DNA from: a virus
Virus record (IMG/VR): IMGVR_UViG_3300023174_000159
Span: 2,837 to 66,836 of that record
Strand: one strand, 5' to 3'
Length of the DNA: 64,000 bases
Each line of letters starts with the position of its first letter. Position 1 is the first letter of the stretch. A program made the translations under genes and the position numbers. The notes beneath the pieces are model-generated. The model had not been told where the DNA came from. It did no database searches and saw nothing but the letters and a program-made list of their open reading frames with translations. This document shows positions 19,765 to 29,655 of the stretch, piece by piece.

Positions 19765-20730
19765 TTAATTTTCTGAAAAGAAATCTAATAAATCAACTTT
19801 AACATTCTCGTTTGGCTTTCTTAAAATCCAACCAACAGCTTCATAAAAAAATTCAATATTTCTATACATTAAATTTTCAAACATTTTTTCATAATCAATT
19901 TCAAATTCTTTTTTAAATTCTTCGGGATAGTTACCACCATATCCAACAACGTTAATATTATATCTGTTTTGCTTTTTAACATTAATATATTTGATTTTAT
20001 CACCCTGTTTTAATTTTGGATATTTTCCACTTAATTCCAACTTATCTAATAATACATTGTGATAATATGCAGCTTTCATATGTTCCTGCATTCCTTTGGA
20101 AATTTTTTCAAAACCATCACATTCATTAATATACTTATCAAAGGTATTGATACCACTTATTCTGGATATCATTTCATGAGGTAGTGTTTTAAAAGTTTCA
20201 TAAGCTTGATTGAATAGATCATCAGATGTAATTTTATTTTTATCAATAATCATACTTTCTATAATCTCTTTCAAATACGGTTTTAATTTTTTTGGCATTG
20301 TTGTTTTAACGACGGAAACGCCTTTGTATTTAAATTTATCTACTTTGAATCCTTCATCATCGATCATATGAAGAACATAATATTTCTTCTTTAAGAAAAT
20401 GCCAGAATCGCATATAGTTTCTCGTTTAAAAACAAAACGAGGATCTATACTTTTTAAGTCTTCTTTAGCCCAGTTTGTCATTTCTGTGTTTATATAATTT
20501 TCAATATAATCACAGAAATCTAAAAAATCTGAATTGATATTTCCGTTTTTATAAATCGGTATTCCCTTTTTATCTAAACATTTTAAAGAAACATATGCTG
20601 AATTATGTATAAGTATTTCGTTAGCAAAAAACCAAGGATTCTCCTGATCTTCCATTTCTATGTCGTATACATATTCATCTTGGAATTCTTCCAATTCTAT
20701 AACTTCGAAATCTTTATATTCAATATTCAT
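19765..20730 (-). CDS. gp43: Family B DNA polymerase, C-terminal half, carrying the split-intein C fragment at its N-terminus
   Basis: VYDIEM...FFANEILIHN|SAYV; then FKRETI, KKKYYVL, KYKGVSVVKTTMP, GDKIKY, IDYEKMF, clamp-binding-like tail DLLDFF. Confidence 0.95.
   Translation of the reverse strand: MNIEYKDFEVIELEEFQDEYVYDIEMEDQENPWFFANEILIHNSAYVSLKCLDKKGIPIYKNGNINSDFLDFCDYIENYINTEMTNWAKEDLKSIDPRFVFKRETICDSGIFLKKKYYVLHMIDDEGFKVDKFKYKGVSVVKTTMPKKLKPYLKEIIESMIIDKNKITSDDLFNQAYETFKTLPHEMISRISGINTFDKYINECDGFEKISKGMQEHMKAAYYHNVLLDKLELSGKYPKLKQGDKIKYINVKKQNRYNINVVGYGGNYPEEFKKEFEIDYEKMFENLMYRNIEFFYEAVGWILRKPNENVKVDLLDFFSEN
20602..20730 (-). mobile_element. Split intein C fragment (43 aa)
   Basis: Block F VYDIEMED, block G FFANEILIHN, followed by +1 Ser. 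Confidence 0.93.
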
Positions 20731-20736
20731 GATGTT

Positions 20737-22851
20737 CTATTTAAATATCGTTGTAATGATTTTATCACCTATATGATATTCTTTCGGTGAAATCCTAATC
20801 AACTTATTATTTCTCATCACCATAAGTCCATGATCTTCCGTCATTATAATTTCTCTATCTCCGCATTTAATTTTAAATTTTCTTTTCGACACGCGATGAC
20901 GAAATAATCTCCTAACTTTTGAAAATTCGGGAGATTTGGTTCCGTTCTTAGAAGTTAATATTTTTAACGACTCAACATCTAATAATTCATGTCCATGTTT
21001 GGTTAGTTTAATAGTTTGTTTTGAATATTCTTCGTTCCATAATTCATCGATTCTCTTATTGCCTGATGTAGTATGTAGTAAAGTATCCCCAACAAAACTA
21101 TCAGTATCATTGTATATAATACAATTATTCAATTCCATTTCTGATAAATCTGGATACTTTTCACTTAATGATTTTTTGAAAATTTCATTTGAATTCTTAA
21201 TAACAGCCTGTCCAGTCAATGTTACCGAAGATGCAATATCATCATCTCCCATTGGAGCGTATGCATTTCCCATATATCCATACAATGAATTTAAGTTAAT
21301 CTTATATGCATATTGAATAGAGTCATATCTATTCTGTTCAGATTGAATGAAGGATCTTTCTTTTTTAGAAAGAGTTTTATCTTCTTTTAATTTTGTTTTA
21401 CAATCTTTCATGGCTTTTTGCATTTTCTGCCTCTCAGAATATAACCAATCTAGATATTCGGGAACAATTCCTTTTCGTTTCTGAGAAAATAAAAACCCAG
21501 CTTTTGTAAATGCTACTTGTTCAGCCTTGATATAATTTTCAAATTTTTCTTTATCAAATTCATATACCCTGCCTGTTACATGATAAATTTTATATGTGTT
21601 TTCAAATTCTTCATATCTCCCAATTTTGGTTTCTGGTGATAGATTCAATGAAATCATAACACTTGGGTATAGAGAGTTAGCATCAAAACTCACCAGATTT
21701 TCAGATATACCTCGTTTAGGCTCTCTAACATACGCTCCTGGATTTTTTCCAATTTTTATAGGTCTAATAAAGGTTGGAATTCTTTGATTTCTTTTTCGTG
21801 CTTGGACAGCTAATGCACCGTTCATAATAGGAACGGTATCGATGGCCTTTTCGATATTAGTAAGTCCTATGTTTGCAAGGAATCTCAATGTCTTCATATA
21901 TCGCAACTCATCATCCAATTTCACGAGAAGCTCTACATCCAGAATGTTATAGTCCACAAAGGTTTTCCAATCTCTAATTGAAAGTTCCCACAACTGACCT
22001 TCGTATTCTATTTTATTTTTACCAAGTTCTACTTCCGCAATGTAATCCAATTTATATGATTCCTGCTTATCAAGCTTAAACTTTTGATATAAAACCATGT
22101 AGTCAACTGAAGACACTCCTTCAATAACAATTTGAATCGGGGGTTCTCCAAATTTAACTTTCTTTTTTACCTTCTCATATATTCTACCAATAGGAGATAA
22201 TCTCTTTTGCCATTCTTCATCTAATACAACAGCTATTCGATTTACTATATAAGGTATATCGAATCCAGAACTATTCCATCCAGAAACTACATCTGGGTAA
22301 TCAAGTTCCCAAAATTTAATGAAAGTTTTTAATAATAATTCTTCACTTTTACAATGAATATATTTTATTTTTTTATCTGTAATATGGGAAGTATCGAAAG
22401 GTTTTAATCCGAACGTAACATAACGCTCTTTTATAGAATCATAACAAGTTATTAGATTGATTATATCTTCTGGATTTTGAATATCTGGAAACTTTCCTTT
22501 ATTACTAAAAGTTTCAATATCTATAAACATCACTTTGAGTGGATGTTTAGAAAAATTCTCATCATTATTTTGATGCCAATAATTATCAATAAGAAATTGC
22601 TGCGCTGGTGGTAAATTTTCAAATATTCTTTTTATATTTGAATCTTTTAAAAATTTATTTCTTTCAAATCCAGAATCAAATTCTCTTTTTGTAATGTTAG
22701 TTTTAAATATGCTTTCTTCTTCTCCGTTTGGTTTTTCCAAAAACAGATAAGGATTAAAATCTAAATCATATTTTACACGATTACCATCAGCATCCCATGA
22801 AAATAAATGGACACATCTTTCTTTATTATTGTAAACGCAATTTCTGTACAC
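20737..22851 (-). CDS. gp43: Family B DNA polymerase, N-terminal half (exonuclease and palm up to DTD), fused to the intein N fragment
   Basis: ExoI DIET, ExoII GWNSSGFDIPY, ExoIII YNILDV, SFDANSLYPS, KINLNSLYG, YNDTD; GTG start. Confidence 0.96.
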   Translation of the reverse strand: MYRNCVYNNKERCVHLFSWDADGNRVKYDLDFNPYLFLEKPNGEEESIFKTNITKREFDSGFERNKFLKDSNIKRIFENLPPAQQFLIDNYWHQNNDENFSKHPLKVMFIDIETFSNKGKFPDIQNPEDIINLITCYDSIKERYVTFGLKPFDTSHITDKKIKYIHCKSEELLLKTFIKFWELDYPDVVSGWNSSGFDIPYIVNRIAVVLDEEWQKRLSPIGRIYEKVKKKVKFGEPPIQIVIEGVSSVDYMVLYQKFKLDKQESYKLDYIAEVELGKNKIEYEGQLWELSIRDWKTFVDYNILDVELLVKLDDELRYMKTLRFLANIGLTNIEKAIDTVPIMNGALAVQARKRNQRIPTFIRPIKIGKNPGAYVREPKRGISENLVSFDANSLYPSVMISLNLSPETKIGRYEEFENTYKIYHVTGRVYEFDKEKFENYIKAEQVAFTKAGFLFSQKRKGIVPEYLDWLYSERQKMQKAMKDCKTKLKEDKTLSKKERSFIQSEQNRYDSIQYAYKINLNSLYGYMGNAYAPMGDDDIASSVTLTGQAVIKNSNEIFKKSLSEKYPDLSEMELNNCIIYNDTDSFVGDTLLHTTSGNKRIDELWNEEYSKQTIKLTKHGHELLDVESLKILTSKNGTKSPEFSKVRRLFRHRVSKRKFKIKCGDREIIMTEDHGLMVMRNNKLIRISPKEYHIGDKIITTIFK
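20738..20743 (-). promoter_or_regulatory. Late-promoter-like TAAATA box overlapping the gp43-N stop codon
   Basis: Minus strand reads TT-TAAATA-GAACATC-ATG, the same 5-7 nt spacing as about 19 other genes. Confidence 0.45.
20740..21099 (-). mobile_element. Split intein N fragment (120 aa, Ser1)
   Basis: Block A SFVGDTLL directly after YNDTD; block B IMTEDHGLMV (TxxH); no endonuclease domain. Confidence 0.93.
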
Positions 22852-22858
22852 TAAAGTA

Positions 22859-22886
22859 AGTAAACCATCATTTTTCCAATTGTCAA
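22859..22886 (-). promoter_or_regulatory. Probable sigma70-type promoter for gp43-N
   Basis: TTGACA-N16-TTTACT-N7-GTG; the -10 element is imperfect. Confidence 0.5.
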
Positions 22887-24085
22887 TTAAACTTTGGAAT
22901 ATATTTTCTAGCTAAAGAACCGTAAGGTGTTTCAAGTGCTTCCATAAAAGCTCCGATATTTTCTGGTAGTTCTAAAAATCTAGATTCTCCAATTTTACGA
23001 AGCTCTGGGATCAATTGATAATATTTTGATCTATTTTTCCAATTTAATAATTGTTCAACTTTATTTTCCAAATCTTCCCCAGTCTTAAATTTTAAGACAT
23101 CGAGAGCATTTTCATATGTTGTCATGTCTTGAACAAGGCAAGGAATTCCCAAACAAGCAGCTTCAATATATTTTATATCAGATTTGCTTCTATTGAAAGA
23201 ATTGTCTTGAAGTGGAGCTAAAAACAATTGAGCATTCAAGCTATTTAAAAAGTTAGGATATTCAATCAATGTTTTCCATGGATGAAATTCAATTTTTCTA
23301 TTTTCAACCAAATGTTTCAATGGTGGAGGCACAGCTCCTATGAAAACAAATTGATACTTGTCAACATTTTTAGAAATAAACTCTACAACATGAGTGAAAT
23401 CGTCTTGTTGATTTGTTTTATTATGAACATCGAAATGAGCACCAGAACCTGAATATACAATTCTGGGTTTCTTTTTATTTTTTTCAAAATTATCAATAAC
23501 TTTACGATAATTAAATTGATGACCAATCCACCAATATGGTGGGAAGTTGGGTATGACTGAAATTTCCTGTTTTCCAGTTCTTAACTTATATAAATCTCTC
23601 ATATGTTTACAGGTAACTGTGACTTCATCTGCCATGTTGATCATATCAACACAATTTTGACGAATTTCATCACTGTCAAACGCTGGTTTGTATATATTGT
23701 AATCTGGAATATCTTCTCTAAAGACAACATCATCAACCTCATATATAATTTTAAATCCAATATCTGGTTGAATGCTTTTTAAGAATTCGACAAACATTTT
23801 TTGTTCTTTACTCGCCTGTCTTTGAAGTTTGATTGTTTTTATATCTCGATACCACTCCTTTTCAAAAATCATTTTTGTCATGGATGTTGAATCTCCCATA
23901 TTAGACATATTAATATGAAGTTCTGGCCATCCTATTCTCCATTGCCCACATCCCTGACGGTCTGCCATGAAGTTGAGATACCTAGATGGTCCTGTAGGTG
24001 CTGCATGAACTGGTTGTGTATTAACAACTACATTATTAGAAAATGGAGTTGTTGGGAACGGAGATGGAAATGCGTTTACAAACAT
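22883..24085 (-). CDS. Glycosyltransferase, GT-B fold (GT4-like)
   Basis: GCGQWRI, YEVDD, ADEVTVT, VIPN, LAPLQDNSFNRSKSDIKYIEAACLGIP. Confidence 0.85.
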   Translation of the reverse strand: MFVNAFPSPFPTTPFSNNVVVNTQPVHAAPTGPSRYLNFMADRQGCGQWRIGWPELHINMSNMGDSTSMTKMIFEKEWYRDIKTIKLQRQASKEQKMFVEFLKSIQPDIGFKIIYEVDDVVFREDIPDYNIYKPAFDSDEIRQNCVDMINMADEVTVTCKHMRDLYKLRTGKQEISVIPNFPPYWWIGHQFNYRKVIDNFEKNKKKPRIVYSGSGAHFDVHNKTNQQDDFTHVVEFISKNVDKYQFVFIGAVPPPLKHLVENRKIEFHPWKTLIEYPNFLNSLNAQLFLAPLQDNSFNRSKSDIKYIEAACLGIPCLVQDMTTYENALDVLKFKTGEDLENKVEQLLNWKNRSKYYQLIPELRKIGESRFLELPENIGAFMEALETPYGSLARKYIPKFN

Positions 24086-24124
24086 ATAGTGTAGTTATAT
24101 TTTAAAAATTAATTGTCAATTAGT

Positions 24125-25927
24125 TTAATAAACTCTTTTAGTTATTCCGTTCTCTTTTTCTAAGTTTACAATTTCACCATCGATATGTTTTGTAGTTTCT
24201 TTTCTATGTGAAATTGCATATACACTCATGTTATTTTTATTAATTCTATTTTTTAAAACTTTAATTAATAAATCCAAACCGAGTTCATCAAATGCACTAT
24301 CAAAAATTTCATCATAAAATTCAAGATTGGATGATATGCCGCTAATTTTTCTTCTCATGTCTGAAAAACTTAAAACACAAGCAACATCAACACTTCTTTT
24401 TTCAGCTCCAGATAAATTACTATAAGAAAATTCTTTACCTTTATTAGTTGATATATGTTCATCAAAATATTCATCAAATTTACATTTAATCGTCATTCCA
24501 AGATCACTTATATATGTTGAAATTGTAGAATTTAACATATCTAGTAATTTTTTTATAGCATAACTTTTAACACCCTCTTCTCCCAATACAAATTTACAAA
24601 TTTCGTAATCAGAATCCTTCTGTTTGAAAATTTCAAGAGCGTCTTCTTGTTCTTTTTTTCTAATTTCAGTTTTTTGTATGTTTTCTTCAAATGAATCTGT
24701 GGATATAGTAGTTTTTTTAAAATCAGTATCTAAATTTTTCAAAGATTCTTCATATTCTTCAAGAATATTAGCGTAATTTATTCTTTTTTGATTATTATCT
24801 TTTTCTGTCTGAATACTTTCATTGATTATACCTATGTTTTTTTGAATTTTTGCTTTTTTAGTTAACCATTCTTCCCTTTCTTTATCATTTTCAGTCAATA
24901 TCAACTTGAAATTTGATAATTTACTTTCTATCTCATCCTTTTTAGAAGTAATATATTGTATATGATCATGTGTTACGTCTTGGAAACACTTATCACATTT
25001 TGCAATACCATCTACAGAATTCAGTTTATTTAATTCTTCTTTTAAGTTACTGATATCCTTCGTTAATTCGATTTTTTTTATTTGCAAATTTCCAATTTTA
25101 CCATCAATTTTATTCCATGCATCTTCTAACTTTAGATATTGCTGTTTTAATTCATCAATATTTTTATTTTTTGGTAATTCTGAAATTTTTGTTTTAGTAT
25201 TTTGAATTTTATTATTAATTTCATTCTTTCTAGTATTCAAAAACTCTTCATGTTCTTCTGTTTGCTTTTGTATACTAATCAATTGATCTTTATAAACATT
25301 AATTGATGTTTTTAATTCCTCTGTACGAGCGTTTGATATATTAATATTATTCTTATTCTCACTTATATCCTTTTTAAGGTCTTTTAACATCAATCCAAAC
25401 ACCTCTATATTAAAAATATCTTCAATAAATTTGCGTTTTTCTGCCGCATTTTTTAACATGAATGGCGTTGTATCACTTAATGTCATTATATCGCAACTTT
25501 TATGAATTATTGAGTTAGTTCCAAGCAAATCGCATATATATTTGTTAGTATTTGCAATACTATCTCTTGTTATATCTTCATCACCTTTCCAAAGTTCAAC
25601 TTTTGTCGGTTTAACCTGTCTAACTATTTTATAAGATTGTGTTTCTGTTGAAGATTCGATACCAAACTGTAATTCAACACGCCCTTTACCTTTCGTTATG
25701 TTGTTTACAATATATTCATTCTTAATTTTACCAATTGTTTCTCCAAAAAGTGCATAAAAATATGCAGACATGACAGAACTTTTACCAACTGCATTTTTTC
25801 TGTCTGGGTTATCTATGTTTTGCCCAGTTATAAGATTTAGACCTTTATTAAATTCAATTTCAATTGTATCATTACCAATACTGAGGAAATTTTGTATTAT
25901 TAATTTGTTATATCTAATTTTTTTCAT
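24125..25927 (-). CDS. gp46: Rad50/SbcC-like recombination ATPase
   Basis: NFLSIGN, NAVGKS, zinc hook CDKC, signature LSGAEK, DEIFD, ISH. Confidence 0.95.
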   Translation of the reverse strand: MKKIRYNKLIIQNFLSIGNDTIEIEFNKGLNLITGQNIDNPDRKNAVGKSSVMSAYFYALFGETIGKIKNEYIVNNITKGKGRVELQFGIESSTETQSYKIVRQVKPTKVELWKGDEDITRDSIANTNKYICDLLGTNSIIHKSCDIMTLSDTTPFMLKNAAEKRKFIEDIFNIEVFGLMLKDLKKDISENKNNINISNARTEELKTSINVYKDQLISIQKQTEEHEEFLNTRKNEINNKIQNTKTKISELPKNKNIDELKQQYLKLEDAWNKIDGKIGNLQIKKIELTKDISNLKEELNKLNSVDGIAKCDKCFQDVTHDHIQYITSKKDEIESKLSNFKLILTENDKEREEWLTKKAKIQKNIGIINESIQTEKDNNQKRINYANILEEYEESLKNLDTDFKKTTISTDSFEENIQKTEIRKKEQEDALEIFKQKDSDYEICKFVLGEEGVKSYAIKKLLDMLNSTISTYISDLGMTIKCKFDEYFDEHISTNKGKEFSYSNLSGAEKRSVDVACVLSFSDMRRKISGISSNLEFYDEIFDSAFDELGLDLLIKVLKNRINKNNMSVYAISHRKETTKHIDGEIVNLEKENGITKRVY

Positions 25928-26949
25928 TAGTTTTTATTATTTTTGTATAATTCTTCGTTAATTTTTTTAACTCTTTCTAATTGATCTTCATCTAAACCTA
26001 ATTGTTCATAAAATTCATCAAACATTTCTTTAATATTGATAGAATCTACACTTTCAACATCATTTAATGACTTATTAATGACATTATAGTCTATAGTTAA
26101 TTGCCATGGTTTCAATTTATTGAGTAAATTTGTCACTTTTTCTAACTTAACATCATCAACTTCTTCATCAACCACTAATTTAACGATGTTATTTTTGATA
26201 CTATCAACATCCAATGATTTTATTTTACTGATATACGTTTTTACAAACTGTGGAGACACTTCATTTTTAAAAAAATCAAGAGAACCACTCTCTACATCAA
26301 GAATATGATATCCTTTTATATTTGCTTCATCTGAAAAATCCAAAGGAAAGCAACTTCCAACATAGTGTATGTTACCTTCTTTGTATTTTTTACTGTTTCT
26401 GTTGTGAAAATGTCCAGAAAATATGGCATTTGTAGCATTTGAAAGCATATGCAATGGGTTTAAACCATGATTACACACTGTGTAATTGTTCATTTTGAAT
26501 GTTTGTATTTCAAAATGACCAAAAATATAATCATATGAATTGTCTGGAATATTATTATTCCAAGGAACCATTAAAAATCGCTTATTAAATGCTTCAAATT
26601 CTAAATTTTTATCAATTAATGTGATATTGTCATAACCACGGACCAATCCTAGACTGTGAACATCACTTCTATTCTTGTAATAAGCATCGTGGTTCCCAAT
26701 AATCATAAAAAGATTAAAATTTTTAAAATTTTCTATAATTTGTGAGGCAATGTGGATAGTTTGAACACTAATTTCTGTTCTATTATCAAAAAAATCTCCT
26801 AAAAATAATATATCCTTTATTTTCTTTTGATTTAATTCATTTATAATCCAATCCGTCCATTTTAAAGCAGTATCATGCCATTTTTCTGAATTTCCATACA
26901 CTCCTAAATGTAAATCACTGAAAATTGCAACATTTGTTTTCTTTATCAT
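25927..26949 (-). CDS. gp47: Mre11/SbcD-like nuclease
   Basis: SDLHLG, LGDFFD, GNHD, GHFE, SGHFH, YVGS. Confidence 0.95.
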   Translation of the reverse strand: MIKKTNVAIFSDLHLGVYGNSEKWHDTALKWTDWIINELNQKKIKDILFLGDFFDNRTEISVQTIHIASQIIENFKNFNLFMIIGNHDAYYKNRSDVHSLGLVRGYDNITLIDKNLEFEAFNKRFLMVPWNNNIPDNSYDYIFGHFEIQTFKMNNYTVCNHGLNPLHMLSNATNAIFSGHFHNRNSKKYKEGNIHYVGSCFPLDFSDEANIKGYHILDVESGSLDFFKNEVSPQFVKTYISKIKSLDVDSIKNNIVKLVVDEEVDDVKLEKVTNLLNKLKPWQLTIDYNVINKSLNDVESVDSINIKEMFDEFYEQLGLDEDQLERVKKINEELYKNNKN

Positions 26950-26974
26950 AATAATGGTGTGTTATTTCAACAAA

Positions 26975-27430
26975 TTAATTAAAATTTTCAGAAGAATTAT
27001 CATCATCTAAAAATCCAGATGGTTTTGTGTATACATTTCCTTCAGATTCAATCATATTTTGCTCATATAACATCTGTTTATACTCTTGTAATCCTTCATG
27101 TTGTCTGTTTTCTTTCTTTATTCTGTTGGTAAATGCGTTCCATGCTATCTGATTAAAGTAACTAAATGGATTATATCCTGAATCCATGTTGTATTTCTTA
27201 CCTTCAAGAGCTGAATACATTTTAATAACAGCATCACCGACCATTTCTTCTTTCCAAGATTTTGTATAATTGATAAATCTCCAATTATAACTCAATCCTT
27301 CTGCAATTTTAACTACATTAACAGCTAATTCATCTGTCATTTTATCACTCTCGTAATATTCTTGAATTTGTCTTTTAAAATCATTAGAATTTACGTATAT
27401 ACTTGCTTTTATTTCTGGATTAATTTTCAT
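26975..27430 (-). CDS. gp55: Late-transcription sigma factor
   Basis: YVN...F, KIAEGLSY..RFINY, EEMVGDA, NPFSYFNQIAWNAF..RIKKE. Confidence 0.93.
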   Translation of the reverse strand: MKINPEIKASIYVNSNDFKRQIQEYYESDKMTDELAVNVVKIAEGLSYNWRFINYTKSWKEEMVGDAVIKMYSALEGKKYNMDSGYNPFSYFNQIAWNAFTNRIKKENRQHEGLQEYKQMLYEQNMIESEGNVYTKPSGFLDDDNSSENFN

Positions 27431-28872
27431 AAATTTATTTGTATTTCTTTATATGATATCTGTTCATCATTATAAATTTGTTTTCTTTCATCAGCGTGAT
27501 TAGTTGAATATTTTAAATTGTCATATATGTCAAAAATTACAAGTTTTGATTTCTTTTCATGCAACCTCAACCCTCTTCCAATTCCTTGGACTATACGAAC
27601 AAAACTTTTTCCACCAGAAGCAAATACAATATTGTGTAAATTTTTAATATTGATTCCTGTTGAAAAGATACTACTCATTGCAATACATACTATGTTATCA
27701 CACTTTTCCATGTTCGCAACAACCCCATTTCTTTCATCTAATTCAACGTCACCTTTGATAAAAACTACATCTTTGTTTTGAATATTATTCAAACAATTCA
27801 ACAACGCCTCCCCATGTTCAAGGTGATTTACTAAAATCAACGTATTGTTTTGAAGTTTAGAAACAATTTTAAAAATAATATTGTTTCTTTTTTCTGAATT
27901 GTACAAATAAGAAAGCTCTGCGAGATAGTCTTCAGTGGGTGTTTTGTTTTTATTTTTATTCTTTTTAGGAATATCTTTAGAACAATGATTGAGTGAAATC
28001 ATCTTAACAACAACATCAGTTAAAACGTTATCATCCCGTAACTCTTTGCTATTCTTTTCAAATAATAAAGGACCAAAAATTCCCAATATCTTCCATACAT
28101 CGTATTGATCTTTTGGAAGTGTTCCAGTAAAACCAAATCGATTTGGTGTTTTTATTTTGTTGATTATTTTTGATATCTTACTTGTACCAGAACATCTGTG
28201 ACATTCATCAACTATAATCAAATCAACATCCTTTATCCATTGGTTTTCATCAAATTTAGATACTAAATTTTCAGAATTAACTATCACAACATCTGAATGT
28301 TCTAACTTATTAGTTCCTGTCCATCCCGAATATGAGAAATTAACATTATAAGATTCAAAATCTTTCTGTAATTGAGATACCAATGATATTCCAGGTACTA
28401 CAACTACAACTTTGTAAGATTGTTTGGTTCTGTTTATCCAAAAATTTTCAATTAAAGACGCTATGCAGAAGCTTTTTCCAGAACCTGTAGCACTTTTAAT
28501 TGTTCCTCTTCCATATTTTAAACATAATTTGACAATTTCCATTTGGAAATCTCTATGTGGAAATGTGAATCCATCAAATATAGATTCGGTTTTAATTCCA
28601 CAGTTTAAAAATTGTTTAAATTCTTCAGTATATTCAATATTTGTATATTGTTCTTGAATTAAAATATTGATTATTTCTTTATAAAGACCAAAATCAAACT
28701 TCCCAGATTTATCAATTGCATATTTCCTATCTGGAATACGTCTTCCATATTTTTTAGCAAATTTGGCAGCGTCATTTTTAACACTTAATTTGTTTTTTAT
28801 GCAATAAAACGTGGCCTGATCGCATATGACCAGACCCTTGTTTGTTTTTGCATCGTAATGCAATTTAATCAA
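27427..28872 (-). CDS. uvsW: UvsW SF2 helicase
   Basis: RDFQ, SATGSGKS, DECH, GFTGT, FSTGINIKNLH, QGIGRGLR; TTG start. Confidence 0.94.
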   Translation of the reverse strand: MIKLHYDAKTNKGLVICDQATFYCIKNKLSVKNDAAKFAKKYGRRIPDRKYAIDKSGKFDFGLYKEIINILIQEQYTNIEYTEEFKQFLNCGIKTESIFDGFTFPHRDFQMEIVKLCLKYGRGTIKSATGSGKSFCIASLIENFWINRTKQSYKVVVVVPGISLVSQLQKDFESYNVNFSYSGWTGTNKLEHSDVVIVNSENLVSKFDENQWIKDVDLIIVDECHRCSGTSKISKIINKIKTPNRFGFTGTLPKDQYDVWKILGIFGPLLFEKNSKELRDDNVLTDVVVKMISLNHCSKDIPKKNKNKNKTPTEDYLAELSYLYNSEKRNNIIFKIVSKLQNNTLILVNHLEHGEALLNCLNNIQNKDVVFIKGDVELDERNGVVANMEKCDNIVCIAMSSIFSTGINIKNLHNIVFASGGKSFVRIVQGIGRGLRLHEKKSKLVIFDIYDNLKYSTNHADERKQIYNDEQISYKEIQINL

Positions 28873-28938
28873 AATTAATTAAAGAGTGATTAAGATCACT
28901 CGCAATCAATTCAAATTCCTGTATGTGTGGAACTTCTA

Positions 28939-29349
28939 TCATCCTTCTTGTAATTGTATAAATTTTATTATATTTTCAAAATCTTTTGCTATGTATTTTA
29001 CACAGTCATAAATTCTTTCGAGTTGTTTAAAATTTAATTTTAATTCTTCTATTTGAAGATTTATTTCTTCAACATCGTGACTTTCTTCTATTTTATCAAG
29101 TGTTGATTTGTTTATTTTTATTTCTGAATTATCTATTAATTTTTTTTGTAATGTTTTGATTATATATTTTTTTTTCTGTTCAAGTGATTTAATCTCTTGT
29201 TCAGTTTCTGATAAAATATTTGCCCAATATGATTTTTCTCCTGGAACTTGATTGAGTTTATCAGCTAAACTGAGCATATCGATATTTGTCGCAAACTCGG
29301 AATATTTTTTTGTATAAAATTTTCTTTTTTCAGAATTATTCATAATCAA
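28939..29349 (-). CDS. uvsY: Recombination mediator UvsY-like
   Basis: 136 aa, helical, next to uvsW; QVPGEKSYW and C-terminal F.NIIKF..L..G pattern. Confidence 0.65.
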   Translation of the reverse strand: MIMNNSEKRKFYTKKYSEFATNIDMLSLADKLNQVPGEKSYWANILSETEQEIKSLEQKKKYIIKTLQKKLIDNSEIKINKSTLDKIEESHDVEEINLQIEELKLNFKQLERIYDCVKYIAKDFENIIKFIQLQEG

Positions 29350-29374
29350 TTATTCTTTTATTATAAATAATAAT

Positions 29375-29644
29375 ATGAAAATGTCAAGGATAGATGATGA
29401 AAATTTAGAAAATATTTATTTAGAAATGACATCGGTTGGTGTAGTTGGTCCAGTTGCATCCGTTGTAACTGATTTAGGAACATCAAATAAGGACTCTTAT
29501 GCTCAAGGAAATACTAGAATTCCAAAAGGACCAAAAAAGAAAAAAAATAAACCTCAAATAGCTAGAAGAAATCTATCATTTGACAGTACATTAGATTATC
29601 AAACTCCTGAAGTTAAGTCCATTATTAAAAATACTAGAAAATAA
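29375..29644 (+). CDS. Hypothetical small late protein
   Basis: TATAAATA-N5-ATG. Confidence 0.6.
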   Translation: MKMSRIDDENLENIYLEMTSVGVVGPVASVVTDLGTSNKDSYAQGNTRIPKGPKKKKNKPQIARRNLSFDSTLDYQTPEVKSIIKNTRK

Positions 29645-29655
29645 TATAACACCAC

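Noticed and set aside
19765-22851. gp43 as a pseudogene
   Set aside because: All exonuclease and polymerase motifs are intact, and the break lies between complete intein N and C blocks
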